Below the pieces are notes generated by a model, which saw nothing but the letters and a program-made list of their open reading frames with translations, did not search any database and was not told where the DNA came from. Of a stretch of DNA of 64,000 nucleotides, positions 11,001 to 26,000 are shown piece after piece. How positions within the stretch are numbered: position 1 is the first letter of the stretch; the number at the start of each line of letters is the position of its first letter. Origin of the DNA: Alphaproteobacteria bacterium (GTDB taxonomy: Bacteria; Pseudomonadota; Alphaproteobacteria; MPNO01; UBA830). The stretch is taken from the NCBI GenBank assembly GCA_965243135.1, contig OZ251539.1:4960001-5024000 (forward strand). Reading direction: 5' to 3'. The position numbers were made by a program, and so were the translations under genes.

Positions 11001-14000
11001 CCGCCGCTCTCCAGGATCGACGACTGCGACAGCTTCAGCGTCGCCGTCGGCGTCGTCTCGTCGTCCGTCAGCGTGAGGCTCGCGCCGGTCACGGCCACGG
11101 TTTCCGACTCGGCGGCGGCCTGGCCGTTGGACGCCGTTCCCGTCACCGTCACCGCGCGGTCGCCCACGTTGTCCACGTCGTCGTTCACGGCGTTGATCGT
11201 CGCCGTGTCCGAGGCGTTCGCCGTACTCCCCGCCGCAATCACGATCGTCGCGTCCGAGCCCGCCGCGTAGAAGCCCGTCACCCCCGTCACCGTCACCGTC
11301 GTCGCCGCGCTCGACGGGTGCGAGAGCGTCGCTCTCACCGCTGTCGCGCCCCTGTTTTCCGGGATCGAAGAGGACGCCAACGCCAGCGTCGCATCCGGAG
11401 CCGCGTCGTCGTCCGCGATGGTCAGCGTCACGGCGGACGGGTTCGCCACGCCGCCGCCCGACGCCGCGGCCGAGACCGTCACCGACTTGTCCGGCGAGTC
11501 CGTTGCGTCGGCGATCGCCGTCACCGTCACCGCGCCCGCGCTCGCCGTCGATCCCGCCGCTATCGTCAGCGTCTTCGCGCTCGACAGCGCGAACCCGGCA
11601 CCGCCGGCCGATACCGTCAGCGTCACCGCTTCGCTCGACTTGCCAGAGAGCGTCGCCGTCACCGTCGATACGCCGCCGCTCTCCGGGATCGACGCCTGCG
11701 ACAACTTCAGCGTCGCCATCGGCGTCGTCTCGTCGTCCGTCAGCGTGAGGCTCGCGCCGGTCACGGCCACGGTCTCCGACTCGGCGGCGGCCTGGCCGTT
11801 GGACGCGGTCGCCGTCACCGTCACCGTGCGGTCGCCCACGTTGTCCACGTCGTCGTTCACGGCGTTGATCGTGGCCGCGTCCGAGGCGTTCGTCGTGCTC
11901 CCCGCCGCAATCACGATCGTCGCGTCCGCCGGATCCACGGAGTAGGCGCCTTCAAGCGCCGTCACGGTGATCGTGGTTGCCGCGCTCGACGGATGGCTCA
12001 GCGTCGCGCTCACCGCCGTCGCGCCGCCATCCCCCGGGATCGACGACGACGCCAACCTCAGCGTCACGCCCGGCGCAGCGTCATCATCGGCGATGATCAG
12101 CGTCACGGCGGACGGGTTCGCCACCCCGCCGCCCGCCGCCGCGGCCGTGACCGTCACCGGCTTGTCCGGCGCGTCCGTCGCATCGGCGACCGCCGCCACC
12201 GTCACCGCGCCCGCGCTCGCCGTCGATCCCGCCGCTATCGTCAGCGTCTTCGCGCTCGACAGCGCGAACCCGGCGCCGCCGGCCGATACCGTCAGCGTCA
12301 CCGCTTCGCTCGACTTGCCGGAGAGCGTTGCCGTCACCGTCGATACGCCGCCGCTCTCCGAAATCGACGCCGGAGACAACTTCAGCGCCGCCGTCGGCGT
12401 CGTCTCGTCGTCGGTCAGCGTAAGGCTCGCGCCGGTCACGGCCACGGTCTCCGACTCGGCGGCGGCCTGGCCGTTGGACGCGGTCGCCGTCACCGTGACG
12501 CTCCGCTCGCCCACGTTGTCCACGTCGTCGTTCACGGCGTTGATCGTCGCCGTGTCCGAGGCGTTCGCCGTGCTCCCCGCCGCGATCACGACCGTCGCGT
12601 CCGAACCCGCCGCGTAGAAGCCCGACACCCCGGTCACCGTCACCGTCGTCGCCGCACTCGACGGGTGCGAGAGCGTCGCGCTCACCGTCGTCGCGCCGCC
12701 ATCCTCCGGGATCGAAGAGGACGCCAGCGCCAGCGTCACCGAAGGCGCCGCATCGTCGTCCTCGATCGTCCCCGTTCCCGTCCGGCCGCTCACCGGAACC
12801 TGCGCGTTCACCGGACCGCTCAACGCCAACTCCACCGTCTCGTCCGGCTCGTCCACACCGTCGCCCGTCACCGTCACGTCCACCGTCTTGCTCGTCTCTC
12901 CCGCCGCGAAGGTCAGCGTTCCCGTCGCGAGAGCCGCGTAGTCCGCACCCGACGACGCCGTACCCGTCCCCGCGTCCGCGTAACCTGCCGACACCTCCTC
13001 CGTGCTCGCCGCGCTCAACGCCACCGTGTAGCTCAGCGTCGCCGTCGAACCCGACGCCCCCTCCGCCACCCGCGGCGACGAAATCGACAGCGACGGCAGG
13101 TTGCCCGTGTTCACCACGATCCCCGGCGGGTTCACCAGCCGCGGCGGGTCGCCCGGGGCGATCACCGCGACGAGGAACGGGAGCGTCGCCGCGTCGCCGT
13201 CTTCGTCCGTGGCCGTCCAGACGTATTCCTTCTGATTCGTCGGAGCGTCCGGCGTCGTCCCCGTCACGAAGAAGCCGTTCCGCGACAACCACGGCGGCAA
13301 GGCCGGCGACAGCGCGTAGGTCAGCGTCCCGTCGCCGCCCGTCGCCCGCGGCAGCGCGAGGCGCGGGACCACGGTCGAGACCGGCCACAGACGGCTTGCA
13401 ATCCGCTGGTCGCCGAACGTCGGCTTCAGGTCCACGTCGTCGTCCTCGATGGTCAGCGTCACCGGCGACGGGTTCCCCGCAATCCCCTGACCGTTGCCCG
13501 CCGTTGCCGATACCGTCACCGTCTTGTCGTGCGCCGCGTCCTCCGCGTCGTTCACCGCCGTCACCGTCACGACGCCCGCGCTGGCCGTCGCGCCCGCCGC
13601 CACCGTCAGCGTCGCGCCCGTCTGCGTGAAGTCCGACGCCGCCGTGTGCGAACCCGCCGACGCCGTCACCGTCACCGTCGTCGGCTGGCTCGACTTGCCG
13701 GAAAGCCGCGCCGTCACCGTCGCCTCGCCGCCGTTCTCCGAAACCGACGACGAAGACAACGCCAGAGTTACCGAAGGCGCATCGTCGTCGTCGGTCAGCG
13801 TCAGCGTCGCGCTCGGCGGCGCCGCCACCCCGTTGCCGCCCGCCGCGGCGGCGGAGACCGTCACCTGCTTGTCGGGCGAATCCACGTCGTTGCCGTTGGC
13901 CGTCACCGTCACGCCGCCGACGCTGGCGGTGGCGCCGACCGCAATCGTCAGCGTCTTCACAGTGGAGAGGTCGAAGTCCGCGGCCGCCGCCCCCGTCCCG

Positions 14001-17000
14001 GCCGCCGCCGCCACCGTCAGCGTCACCGCCTGGCTGGATGCGCCCGACAGCGTCGCCGTCACCGTCGAGACCCCATCCGTCTCCGAGATCGAGGATGCCG
14101 ACAGCGACAGAGCCAGGGTCGGGGGTACCTCGTCGTTCGTCAGCGTCAGCGTCACCGCCGCCGGATCGGACACTCCGCTGTCGCCGCTCACCGCGCCCGA
14201 GACCGTCACCGATTTATCCGGCGAGTCCACGTCGTTGTCGTTGGCCGTCACCGTCACCGCGCCCGCGCTGGCGGTCGAACCCGCCGCGATCGTCAGCGTC
14301 TTCCTGGCGCTGAGCGTAAAATCGGCCGCAACCGCGCCGGTCCCGGGCGCCGCCGCCACCGTCACCGTCACCGCTTCGCTCGACTTGCCGGAGAGCGCCG
14401 CCCTCACGGTCGCCGCGCCCCCGTTCTCCGGGATCGACGAAGACGACAGCTCCAATGTCGCGGTGGGCGTATTTTCGTCGTCCGCCAGCGTCAGGCTCGC
14501 CCCGGTTACGGCCACGATCTCCGACTCGGCGGCGGCCTGATCGTTGGACGCCGTTCCCGTCACCGTGACATTCCGGTCGCCCACGTTGTCGATGGCGTCG
14601 TTCACGGCGTTGATCGTCGCCGTGTCCGAGGCGTTCGCCGTGCTCCCCGCCGCGATCACGACCGTCGCGTCTGTCGAATCCACCGTATAGGCGCCGTCCT
14701 GCGCCGTGACGGTGATCGTGGTATCTGCGTTCGATGCGTGCGAGAGCGTCGCGCTCACCGCCGTCACGCCCCCATTCTCCGAAATCGACGACGGCGACAA
14801 CGCCAACGTCACGGTCGGCGTATCGTCATCGTCGGCGATGGTCAGCGTCGCCGCGGCCGGGTTCGACACCCCACTGGCGCCCGACACCGCGGCCGTGACC
14901 GTCACCGACTTGTCCGGCCCGTCCGTCGCGTCGTCGTTGGCCGTCACCGTCACCAAGCCCGCGCTCGCCGTCGATCCCGCCGCTATCGTCAGCGTCTTCG
15001 CGCCCGACAGAGTGAAGTCCGTAGCCGCCGCGTTCGTTCCCGCCGATGCCGACACCGTCAGCGTCACCGCTTCGCTCGAGGCCCGGTTCAGCGCCGCCGT
15101 CACCGTGCTCGCGTTGTCCGCCCCGTTCTCCGCGATGGTGTCCGGCTTCGACGGATCCGGCTCCGACAGCGACAGCGTAACGTTTGGAGTCGCCTCATCG
15201 TCCGTCAGCGTCAGCGACGCGCCGGTCACGGCCACGGCCTGCGACTCAGCGGCAGCCTGGTCGTTGGAAGCGGTCGCCGTCACCGTGACGCTCCGGTCGC
15301 CCACGTTGTCGATGGCGTCGTTCACGGCGTTGATCGTCGCCGTGTCCGTGGCGCTCGACGTGCTCCCCGCCGCGATCACGATCGTCGCGTCCGAACCCGC
15401 CGCGTAGAAGCCCGTCGCGCCCGTCACCGTCACCGTCGTCGCCGCACTCGACGGGTGCGAGAGCGTCGCGCTCACCGTCGTCGCGCCGCCATCCTCCGGG
15501 ATCGAAGAGGACGCCAGCGCCAGCGTCACCGAAGGCGCCGCATCGTCGTCCTCGATCATTCCCGTTCCCGTCCGGCCGCTCACCGGAACCTGCGCGTTCA
15601 CCGGACCGCTCAACGCCAACTCCACCGTCTCGTCCGGCTCGTCCACACCGTCGCCCGTCACCGTCACGTCCACCGTCTTGCTCGTCTCTCCCGCCGCGAA
15701 GGTCAGCGTTCCCGTCGCGAGAGCCGCGTAGTCCGCACCCGACGACGCCGTACCCGTCCCCGCGTCCGCGTAACCTGCCGACACCTCCTCCGTGCTCGCC
15801 GCGCTCAACGCCACCGTGTAGCTCAGCGTCGCCGTCGAACCCGACGCCCCCTCCGCCACCCGCGGCGACGAAATCGACAGCGACGGCAGGTTGCCCGTGT
15901 TCACCACGATCCCCGGCGGGTTCACCAGCCGCGGCGGGTCGCCCGGGGCGATCACCGCGACGAGGAACGGGAGCGTCGCCGCGTCGCCGTCTTCGTCCGT
16001 GGCCGTCCAGACGTATTCCTTCTGATTCGTCGGAGCGTCCGGCGTCGTCCCCGTCACGAAGAAGCCGTTCCGCGACAACCATGGCGGCAAGGCCGGCGAC
16101 AGCGCGTAGGTCAGCGTCCCGTCGCCGCCCGTCGCCCGCGGCAGCGCGAGGCGCGGGACCACGGTCGAGACCGGCCACAGACGGCTTGCAATCCGCTGGT
16201 CGCCGAACGTCGGCTTCAGGTCCACGTCGTCGTCCTCGATGGTCAGCGTCACCGGCGACGGGTTCCCCGCAATCCCCTGACCGTTGCCCGCCGTCGCCGA
16301 TACCGTCACCGTCTTGTCGTGCGCCGCGTCCTCTGCGTCGTTCACCGCCGCGACCGTCACCGCCCCCGCGCTCGCCGTCGCGCCCGCCGCCACCGTCAGC
16401 GTTCTGCTCGCGCTCAAGCTGAAGTCCGACGCCGCCGTGTGCGAACCCGCCGATGCCGACACCGTCACCGTCGTCGCCGCGCTCGACGGATGCGAAAGGC
16501 GCACCGTCACCGTCGCCTCGCCGCCGTTCTCCGATATCGACGACGAAGACAACGCCAGAGTTACCGAAGGCGCATCGTCGTCGTCGGTCAGCGTCAGCGT
16601 CGCGCTCGGCGGCGCCGCCACCCCGTTGCCGCCCGCCGCGGCGGCGGAGACCGTCACCTGCTTGTCGGGCGAATCCACGTCGTTGCCGTTGGCCGTCACC
16701 GTCACGCCGCCGACGCTGGCGGTGGCGCCGACCGCAATCGTCAGCGTCTTCTCCGTGGAAAGGTCGAAGTCCGCGGCCGCCGCCCCCGTCCCGGCCGCCG
16801 CCGCCACCGTCAGCGTCACCGCCTGGCTGGATGCGCCCGACAGCGTCGCCGTCACCGTCGAGACCCCATCCGTCTCCGAGATCGAGGATGCCGACAGCGA
16901 CAGGGCCAGGGTCGGGGGTACCTCGTCGTTCGTCAGCGTCAGCGTCACCGCCGCCGGATCGGACACTCCGCTGTCGCCGCTCACCGCGCCCGAGACCGTC

Positions 17001-20000
17001 ACCGATTTGTCCGGCGAGTCCACGTCGTTGTCGTTGGCCGTCACCGTCACCGCGCCCGCGCTGGCGGTCGAACCCGCCGCGATCGTCAGCGTCTTCCTGG
17101 CGCTGAGCGTAAAATCGGCCGCAACCGCGCCGGTCCCGGGCGCCGCCGCCACCGTCACCGTCACCGCTTCGCTCGACTTGCCGGAGAGCGCCGCCCTCAC
17201 GGTCGCCGCGCCCCCGTTCTCCGGGATCGACGAAGACGACAGCTTCAGCGTCGCCGTCGGCGTCGTCTCGTCGTCCGTCAGCGTGAGGCTCGCGCCGGTC
17301 ACGGCCACGGTCTCCGACTCGGCGGCGGCCTGGCCGTTGGACGCGGTCGCCGTCACCGTAACGCTCCGCTCGCCCACGTTGTCCACGTCGTCGTTCACGG
17401 CGTTGATCGTGGCCGCGTCCGAGGCGTTCGCCGTGCTCCCCGCCGCAATCACGATCGTCGCGTCCGCCGGATCCACGGAGTAGGCGCCTTCAAGCGCCGT
17501 CACGGTGATCGTGGTTGCCGCGCTCGACGGATGGCTCAGCGTCGCGCTCACCGCCGTCGCGCCGCCATCCTCCGGGATCGACGACGACGCCAACCTCAGC
17601 GTCACGCCCGGCGCAGCGTCATCATCGGCGATGATCAGCGTCACGGCGGACGGGTTCGCCACCCCGCCGCCCGCCGCCGCGGCCGTGACCGTCACCGGCT
17701 TGTCCGGCGCGTCCGTCGCATCGGCGACCGCCGCCACCGTCACCAAGCCCGCGCTCGCCGTCGATCCCGCCGCTATCGTCAGCGTCTTCGCGCTCGACAG
17801 CGCGAACCCGGCGCCGCCGGCCGATACCGTCAGCGTCACCGCTTCGCTCGACTTGCCGGAGAGCGTTGCCGTCACCGTCGATACGCCGCCGCTCTCCGAA
17901 ATCGACGCCGGAGACAACTTCAGCGTCGCCGTCGGCGTCGCCTCATCGTCCGTCAGCGTCAGCGACGCGCCGGTCACGGCCACGGCCTGCGACTCAGCGG
18001 CAGCCTGGTCGTTGGAAGCGGTCGCCGTCACCGTGACGCTCCGGTCGCCCACGTTGTCGATGGCGTCGTTCACGGCGTTGATCGTCGCCGTGTCCGTGGC
18101 GCTCGACGTGCTCCCCGCCGCGATCACGATCGTCGCGTCCGAACCCGCCGCGTAGAAGCCCGTCGCGCCCGTCACCGTCACCGTCGTCGCCGCACTCGAT
18201 AGGTGCGAGAGCGTCGCGCTCACCGTCGTCGCGCCGCCATCCTCCGGGATCGAAGAGGACGCCAGCGCCAGCGTCACCGAAGGCGCCGCATCGTCGTCCT
18301 CGATCGTCCCCGTTCCCGTCCGGCCGCTCACCGGAACCTGCGCGTTCACCGGACCGCTCAACGCCAACTCCACCGTCTCGTCCGGCTCGTCCACACCGTC
18401 GCCCGTCACCGTCACGTCCACCGTCTTGCTCGTCTCTCCCGCCGCGAAGGTCAGCGTTCCCGTCGCGAGAGCCGCGTAGTCCGCACCCGACGACGCCGTA
18501 CCCGTCCCCGCGTCCGCGTAACCTGCCGACACCTCCTCCGTGCTCGCCGCGCTCAACGCCACCGTGTAGCTCAGCGTCGCCGTCGAACCCGACGCCCCCT
18601 CCGCCACCCGCGGCGACGAAATCGACAGCGACGGCAGGTTGCCCGTGTTCACCACGATCCCCGGCGGGTTCACCAGCCGCGGCGGGTCGCCCGGGGCGAT
18701 CACCGCGACGAGGAACGGGAGCGTCGCCGCGTCGCCGTCTTCGTCCGTGGCCGTCCAGACGTATTCCTTCTGATTCGTCGGAGCGTCCGGCGTCGTCCCC
18801 GTCACGAAGAAGCCGTTCCGCGACAACCATGGCGGCAAGGCCGGCGACAGCGCGTAGGTCAGCGTCCCGTCGCCGCCCGTCGCCCGCGGCAGCGCGAGGC
18901 GCGGGACCACGGTCGAGACCGGCCACAGACGGCTTGCAATCCGCTGGTCGCCGAACGTCGGCTTCAGGTCCACGTCGTCGTCCTCGATGGTCAGCGTCAC
19001 CGGCGACGGGTTCCCCGCAATCCCCTGACCGTTGCCCGCCGTTGCCGATACCGTCACCGTCTTGTCGTGCGCCGCGTCCTCCGCGTCGTTCACCGCCGTC
19101 ACCGTCACGACGCCCGCGCTGGCCGTCGCGCCCGCCGCCACCGTCAGCGTCGCGCCCGTCTGCGTGAAGTCCGACGCCGCCGTGTGCGAACCCGCCGACG
19201 CCGTCACCGTCACCGTCGTCGGCTGGCTCGACTTGCCGGAAAGCCGCGCCGTCACCGTCGCCTCGCCGCCGTTCTCCGAAACCGACGACGAAGACAACGC
19301 CAGAGTTACCGAAGGCGCATCGTCGTCGTCGGTCAGCGTCAGCGTCGCGCTCGGCGGCGCCGCCACCCCGTTGCCGCCCGCCGCGGCGGCGGAGACCGTC
19401 ACCTGCTTGTCGGGCGAATCCACGTCGTTGCCGTTGGCCGTCACCGTCACGCCGCCGACGCTGGCGGTGGCGCCGACCGCAATCGTCAGCGTCTTCTCCG
19501 TGGAAAGGTCGAAGTCCGCGGCCGCCGCCCCCGTCCCGGCCGCCGCCGCCACCGTCAGCGTCACCGCCTGGCTGGATGCGCCCGACAGCGTCGCCGTCAC
19601 CGTCGAGACCCCATCCGTCTCCGAGATCGAGGATGCCGACAGCGACAGGGCCAGGGTCGGGGGTACCTCGTCGTTCGTCAGCGTCAGCGTCACCGCCGCC
19701 GGATCGGACACTCCGCTGTCGCCGCTCACCGCGCCCGAGACCGTCACCGATTTGTCCGGCGAGTCCACGTCGTTGTCGTTGGCCGTCACCGTCACCGCGC
19801 CCGCGCTGGCGGTCGAACCCGCCGCGATCGTCAGCGTCTTCCTGGCGCTGAGCGTAAAATCGGCCGCAACCGCGCCGGTCCCGGGCGCCGCCGCCACCGT
19901 CACCGTCACCGCTTCGCCGGATACGCCCGACAATGTCGCCGTCACCGTCGATACGCCGCCGCTCTCCGAAATCGACGACTGCGACAGCTTCAGCGTCGCC

Positions 20001-23000
20001 GTCGGCGCGCCCTCGTCGTCCGTCAGCGTCAGTTCCGCCCCGGTCACGGACCCCGCGCCCTGGTCGTTGGAGGCCGTGGCTGTCACCGTGACGATCCGGT
20101 TGCTCACGTTGTCCACGTCGTCGTTCACGGCGTTGATCGTCGCTGTATCCGCAGCATTCGCCGTGCTCCCCGCCGCAATCACGATCGTCGCGTCCGATCC
20201 CGCCGCGTAGAAGCCCGACACGCCCCTCACCGTCACCGTCGTCGCCGCGCTCGACCGATGCGATAGGGTGGCGCTCACCGTCGTCGCGCCGCCATCCTCC
20301 GGGATCGACGACGACGCCAACGCCAGCGTCACGCCCGGCGCAGCGTCGTCGTCCTCGATCATCAGCGTCTTGTTCGCCGGGTCCGCCACGCCGCCGCCCG
20401 CCGCCGCGGCCGTGATCGTCACCGACTTGTCCGGCGCGTCCGTCGCATCGGCGACCGCCGTCACCGTCACCGCGCCCGCGCTCGCCGTCGATCCCGCCGC
20501 GATCGTCAGCGTTTTCGCGCTCGAAAGCGTGAACCCGGCGCCGCCGGCCGACACCGTCAGCGTCACCGCTTCGCTCGAGGCCCGGTTCAGCGCCGCCGTC
20601 ACCGTCGATACGCCGCCGCTCTCCGAAATCGACGACTGCGACAGCTTCAGCGTCGCCGTTGGCGTCGCCTCGTCGTCCGTCAGCGTGAGGCTCGCGCCGG
20701 TCACGGCCACGGTCTCCGACTCGGCGGCGGCCTGGCCGTTGGACGCCGTTCCCGTCACCGTCACCGCACGGTCGCCCACGTTGTCCATGTCGTCGTTCAC
20801 GGCGTTGATCGTCGCCGTGTCCGAGGGGTTCGCCGTCTCACCCGCCGCAATCATGATCGTCGCGTCCGCCGAATCCACGGCGTAGGCGCCTTCAAGCGCC
20901 GTCACGGTGATCGTGGTCGCCGCGCTCGACGGATGGCTCAGCGTCGCGCTCACCGTCGTCGCGCCGCCATCCTCCGGGATCGAAGAGGACGCCAACGCCA
21001 GCGTCGCATCCGGAGCCGCGTCGTCGTCCGCGATGGTCAGCGTCACGGCGGACGGGTTCGCCACGCCGCCGCCGGACGCCGCGGCCGATACCGTCACCGG
21101 CCTGTCCGGCGCGTCCGTCGCATCGGCGACCGCCGCCACCGTCACCAAGCCCGCGCTCGCCGTCGATCCCGCCGCTATCGTCAGCGTCTTCGCGCTCGAC
21201 AGCGCGAACCCGCCGCCGCCGGCCGATACCGTCAGCGTCACCGCTTCGCTCGACTTTCCGGAGAGCCTCGCCGTCACCGTCGATACGCCGCCGTTCTCCG
21301 GGATCGACGCCTGCGACAGCTTCAGCGTCGCCGTCGGCGTCGCCTCGTCGTCCGTCAGCGTGAGGCTCGCGCCGGTCACGGCCACGGTCTCCGACTCGGC
21401 GGCGGCCTGGCCGTTGGACGCCGTTCCCGTCACCGTCACCGCGCGGTCGCCCACGTTGTCCACGTCGTCGTTCACGGCGTTGATCGTCGCCGTGTCCGAG
21501 GGGTTCGCCGTCTCACCCGCCGCAATCACGATCGTCGCGTCCGCCGAATCCACGGCGTAGGCGCCTTCAAGCGCCGTCACGGTGATCGTGGTCGCCGCGC
21601 TCGACGGATGGCTCAACGTCGCGCTCACCGTCGTCGCGCCGCCATCCTCCGGGATCGAAGAGGACGCCAACGCCAGCGCCACACCAGGCGCAGCGTCGTC
21701 GTCCGTGATGGTCAGCGTCTCGCTCGCCGGGTTCGCCACCCCGCCGCCCGCCGCCATGGCCGTGACCGTCACCGATTTATCCGGCGAGTCCACGTCGTTG
21801 TCGTTGGCCGTCACCGTCACCGCGCCCGCGCTCGCCGTCGATCCCGCTCCGATGGTCAGCGTCTTCGCGCTCGAAAGCGTGAACCCGGCACCGCCGGCCG
21901 ACACCGTCAGCGTCACCGCTTCGCTCGACTTGCCGGAGAGCGTCGCCGTCACCGTCGATACGCCGCCGCTCTCCGAAATCGACGACTGCGACAGCTTCAG
22001 CGTCGCCGTCGGCGCGCCCTCGTCGTCCGTCAGCGTCAATTCCGCCCCGGTCACGGAGCCCGCGCCCTGGTCGTTGGAGGCCGTGGCGGTCACCGTAACG
22101 CTGCGGTTGCTCACGTTGTCCACGTTGTCGTTCACCGCGTTGATCGTCGCCGTGTCCAAGGGGTTCGCCGTGCTCCCCGCCGCGATCACGATCGTCGCGT
22201 CCGAACCCGCCGCGTAGAAGCCCGTCACGCCCGTCACCGTCACCGTCGTCGCCGCGCTCGACGGGTGCGAGAGCGTCGCTCTCACCGCCGTCGCGCCCCC
22301 GTTTTCCAGGATCGAAGAGGACGCCAACGCCAGCGTCGCATCCGGAGCCGCGTCGTCGTCCGCGATGGTCAGCGTCACGGTGGACGGGTTCGCCACGCCG
22401 CCGCCGGACGCCGCGGCCGAGACCGTCACCGACTTGTCCGGCGAGTCCGTCGCATCTGCAACCGCCGTCACCGTCACCGCGCCCGCGCTCGTCGTATTCC
22501 CTGCCGCTATCGTCAGCGTCTTCGCGCTCGAAAGCGTGAACCCGGCGCCGCCGGCCGACACCGTCAGCGTCACCGCTTCGCTCGACTTGCCGGAGAGCGT
22601 CGCCGTCACCGTCGATGCGCCGCCGTTCTCCGGGATCGACGACTGCGACAGCTTCAGCGTCGCCGTCGGCGCGCCCTCGTCGTCCGTCAGCGTCAGTTCC
22701 GCCCCGGTCACGGAGCCCGCGCCCTGGTCGTTGGAGGCCGTGGCGGTCACCGTAACGCTGCGGTTGCTCACGTTGTCCACGTCGTCGTTCACGGCGTTGA
22801 TCGTCGCCGTGTCCGAAGCGTTCGCCGTGCTCCCCGCCGCGATCACGATCGTCGCGTCCGAGCCCGCCGCGTAGAAGCCCGACACCCCCGTCACCGTCAC
22901 CGTCGTCGCCGCGCTCGACGGGTGCGAGAGCGTCGCGCTCACCGTGGTCGTACCGCTGTCCTCCGGGATCGAAGAGGACGCCAACGCCAGCGTCGCATCC

Positions 23001-26000
23001 GGAGCCGCGTCGTCGTCCGCGATGGTCAGCGTCACGGCGGACGGGTTCCCCACGCCGCCGCCCGCCGCCGTGGCCGTGACCGTCACCGACTTGTCCGGCG
23101 CGTCCGTCGCATCGGCGACCGCCGTCACCGTCACCGCGCCCGCGCTCGTCGTCGATCCCGCCGCTATGGTCAGCGTCTTCCTGGCGCTGAGCGTAAAATC
23201 GGCCGAAACCGCGCCCGTTCTCGGCGACGCCCCTACCGTCAGCGTCACCGCTTCGCTCGACGCGCGGTTCAGCGTCGCCGTCACCGTCGATACGCCGCCG
23301 TTCTCCGGAACCGACGAAGACGACAGATTCAACGTCGCCGTCGGCGTCGCCTCGTCGTCGGTCAGCGTGAGGCTCGCGCCGGTCACGGCCACGGTCTCCG
23401 ACTCGGCGGCGGCCTGGCCGTTGGACGCCGTTCCCGTCACCGTCACCGCGCGGTCGCCCACGTTGTCCACGTCGTCGTTCACGGCGTTGATCGTTGCCGC
23501 GTCCGAGGCGTTCGCCGTCTCACCTGCCGCAATCACGATCGTCGCGTCCGGACCCGCCGCGTAGAAGCCCGTCACCCCCGTCACCGTCACCGTCGTCGCC
23601 GCGCTCGACGGGTGCGAGAGCGTCGCTCTCACCGTCGCCGCGCCGCCGTTCTCCGGGATCGAAGAGGTCGCCAACGCCAGCGTCGCATCCGGAGCCGCGT
23701 CGTCGTCCGCGATGGTCAGCGTCACGGCGGACGGGTTCGCCACGCCGCCGCCCGACGCCGCGGCCGAGACCGTCACCGACTTGTCCGGCGAGTCCGTCGC
23801 ATCGGCGACCGCCGTCACCGTCACCGCGCCCGCGCTCGCCGTCGATCCCGCCGCTATCGTCAACGTCTTCGCGCTCGACAGCGTGAACCCGCCGCCGCCG
23901 GCCGACACCGACACCGACACCGCTTCGCTCGACTGACCGGAGAGCGTCGCCGTCACCGTCGCCACGCCGCCGTTCTCCGAAATCGACGGCTGCGACAGCT
24001 TCAGCGTCGCCGTCGGCGCGCCCTCGTCGTCCGTCAGCGTGAGGCTCGCGCCGGTCACGGCCACGGTCTCCGACTGGGCGGCGGCCTGGCCGTTGGACGC
24101 CGTTCCCGTCACCGTCACCGTGCGGTCGCCCACGTTGTCCACGTCGTCGTTCACGGCGTTGACCGTCGCCGTGTCCGAGGCGTTCGCCGTGCTCCCCGCG
24201 GCGATCACGATCGTCGCGTCAGCCGAATCCACGGTGTAGGCACCTTCAAGCGCCGTCACGGTGATCGTGGTAGCGGCGCTCGACGGATGGCTCAGCGTCG
24301 CCCTCACTGTCGTCGCGCCCCCGTTTTCCGGGAGCGAAGAGGACGCCAACGCCAGCGTCGCATCCGGAGCCGCGTCGTCGTCCTCGATGGTCAGCGTCAC
24401 GGCGGACGGGTTCGCCACCCCGCCGCCCGCCGCCGCGGCCGAGACCGTCACCGACTTGTCCGGCGAGTCCGTCGCATCGGCGACCGCCGTCACCGTCACC
24501 GCGCCCGCGCTCGCCGTCGATCCCGCCGCTATCGTCAACGTCTTCGCGCTCGACAGCGTGAAGTCGCCCGAAACCGCACCTGTTCCCGCCGCCGCCGACA
24601 CCGTCAGCGTCACCGCTTCGCTCGACGCGCGGTTCAGCGTCGCCGTCACCGTCGATACGCCGCCGTTCTCCGAAATCGATGACTGCGACAGCCTCAGCGT
24701 CGCCGTCGGCGCTCCCTCGTCGTCCGTCAGCGTGAGGCTCGCGCCGGTCACGGCCACGGTCTCCGATTTGGCGGCGGCCTGGTCGTTGGACGCCGTTCCC
24801 GTCACCGTGGCGCTCCGGTCGCCCACGTTGTCGATGGCGTCGTCCACCGCCGTAATCGACGCCGTGTCCAAGGCGTTCGCCGTGCTCCCCGCCGCAATCA
24901 CGATCGTCGCGTCCGCCGAATCCACGGTGTAGGCGCCTTCAAGCGCCGTCACGGTGATCGTGGTAGCGGCGCTCGACGGATGGCTCAGCGTCGCGCTCAC
25001 CGTCGTCGTGCCGCCGTCCTCGGCGATGGCGGCGTCCGCCAGCTCCAGAGTCACCGTCGGCGCGTCTTCGTCGTCCGCAATGGTCAGGGTCACGGCGGCC
25101 GGGTCCGACACGCCGCTGGCGCCCGATACCGCGGCCGAGACCGTCACCGTTTTGTCCGGCGAATCCGCATCATCGTCGTTCGCCGTCACCGTCACGACGC
25201 CCGCGCTTGCCGTCTCTCCCGCCGCGACGGTCAGCGTCGCCGGGCTCGACAGCGCGAAGTCCCCGTCCGCCGCGTTCGTCACCGCCGACACCGTCAGCGT
25301 CACCGTTTCGCTCGACTTGCCGCTCAGCGCCGCCGTCACCGTCGAAACCCCGCCGTTCTCGCCAATCGTGTCCGGCTTCGACGGATCCGGCTCCGACAAC
25401 GCCAGCGTCGCCGTCGGCGTCGCCTCGTCGTCCGTCAGCGTGAGACTCGCCCCGGTCACGGCCATGGTCCGAGACTCCCCCGGCAGACCGGGACGCGGCC
25501 GAAGTCGGCGGTCGAGGCTCGCCCCGGTCACGGCCACGGCCTCGCCGACGGCCTGGTCGTTCGCCGCGGTTCCCGACACCGTGACCGCCCTGTCGCCTAC
25601 GTTGTCCACGTCGTCGTCCACCGCCTCGATCGTCGCCGTGTCCGAAGCGTTCGCCGTCTCTCCCGCCGCGATCACGATCGTCGCATCCGGACCCGCCGCG
25701 TAGAAGCCCGCGACCGCCGTCACCGTCACCGTCGTCGCCGCGCTCGACGGGTGGCTCAGCGTCGCGCTCACCGCGGTCGCGCCGCCGTTCTCGGAGATGG
25801 CGGCATCCGCCACCGCCAGCGCCACCACGGGAGGATTGTCGTCGTCCGCAATGGTCAGGGTCACGGCGGTCGGATCCGATACCCCGCTGTCGCCCGATAC
25901 CGCGGCCGAAACCGTCACGGACCTGTCCGGCTCGTCCTTCGCGTTGTCCTCTGCCGTCACCGTCACGACGCCCGCGCTCGCCGTCTCCCCCGCCGCGACG

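Noticed and set aside
11720-19910. Diversity-generating retroelement (TR/VR) explanation for the near-identical repeats
   Set aside because: There is no reverse transcriptase in the window, differences are not visibly adenine-specific, and the repeats are kb-scale in-frame modules.
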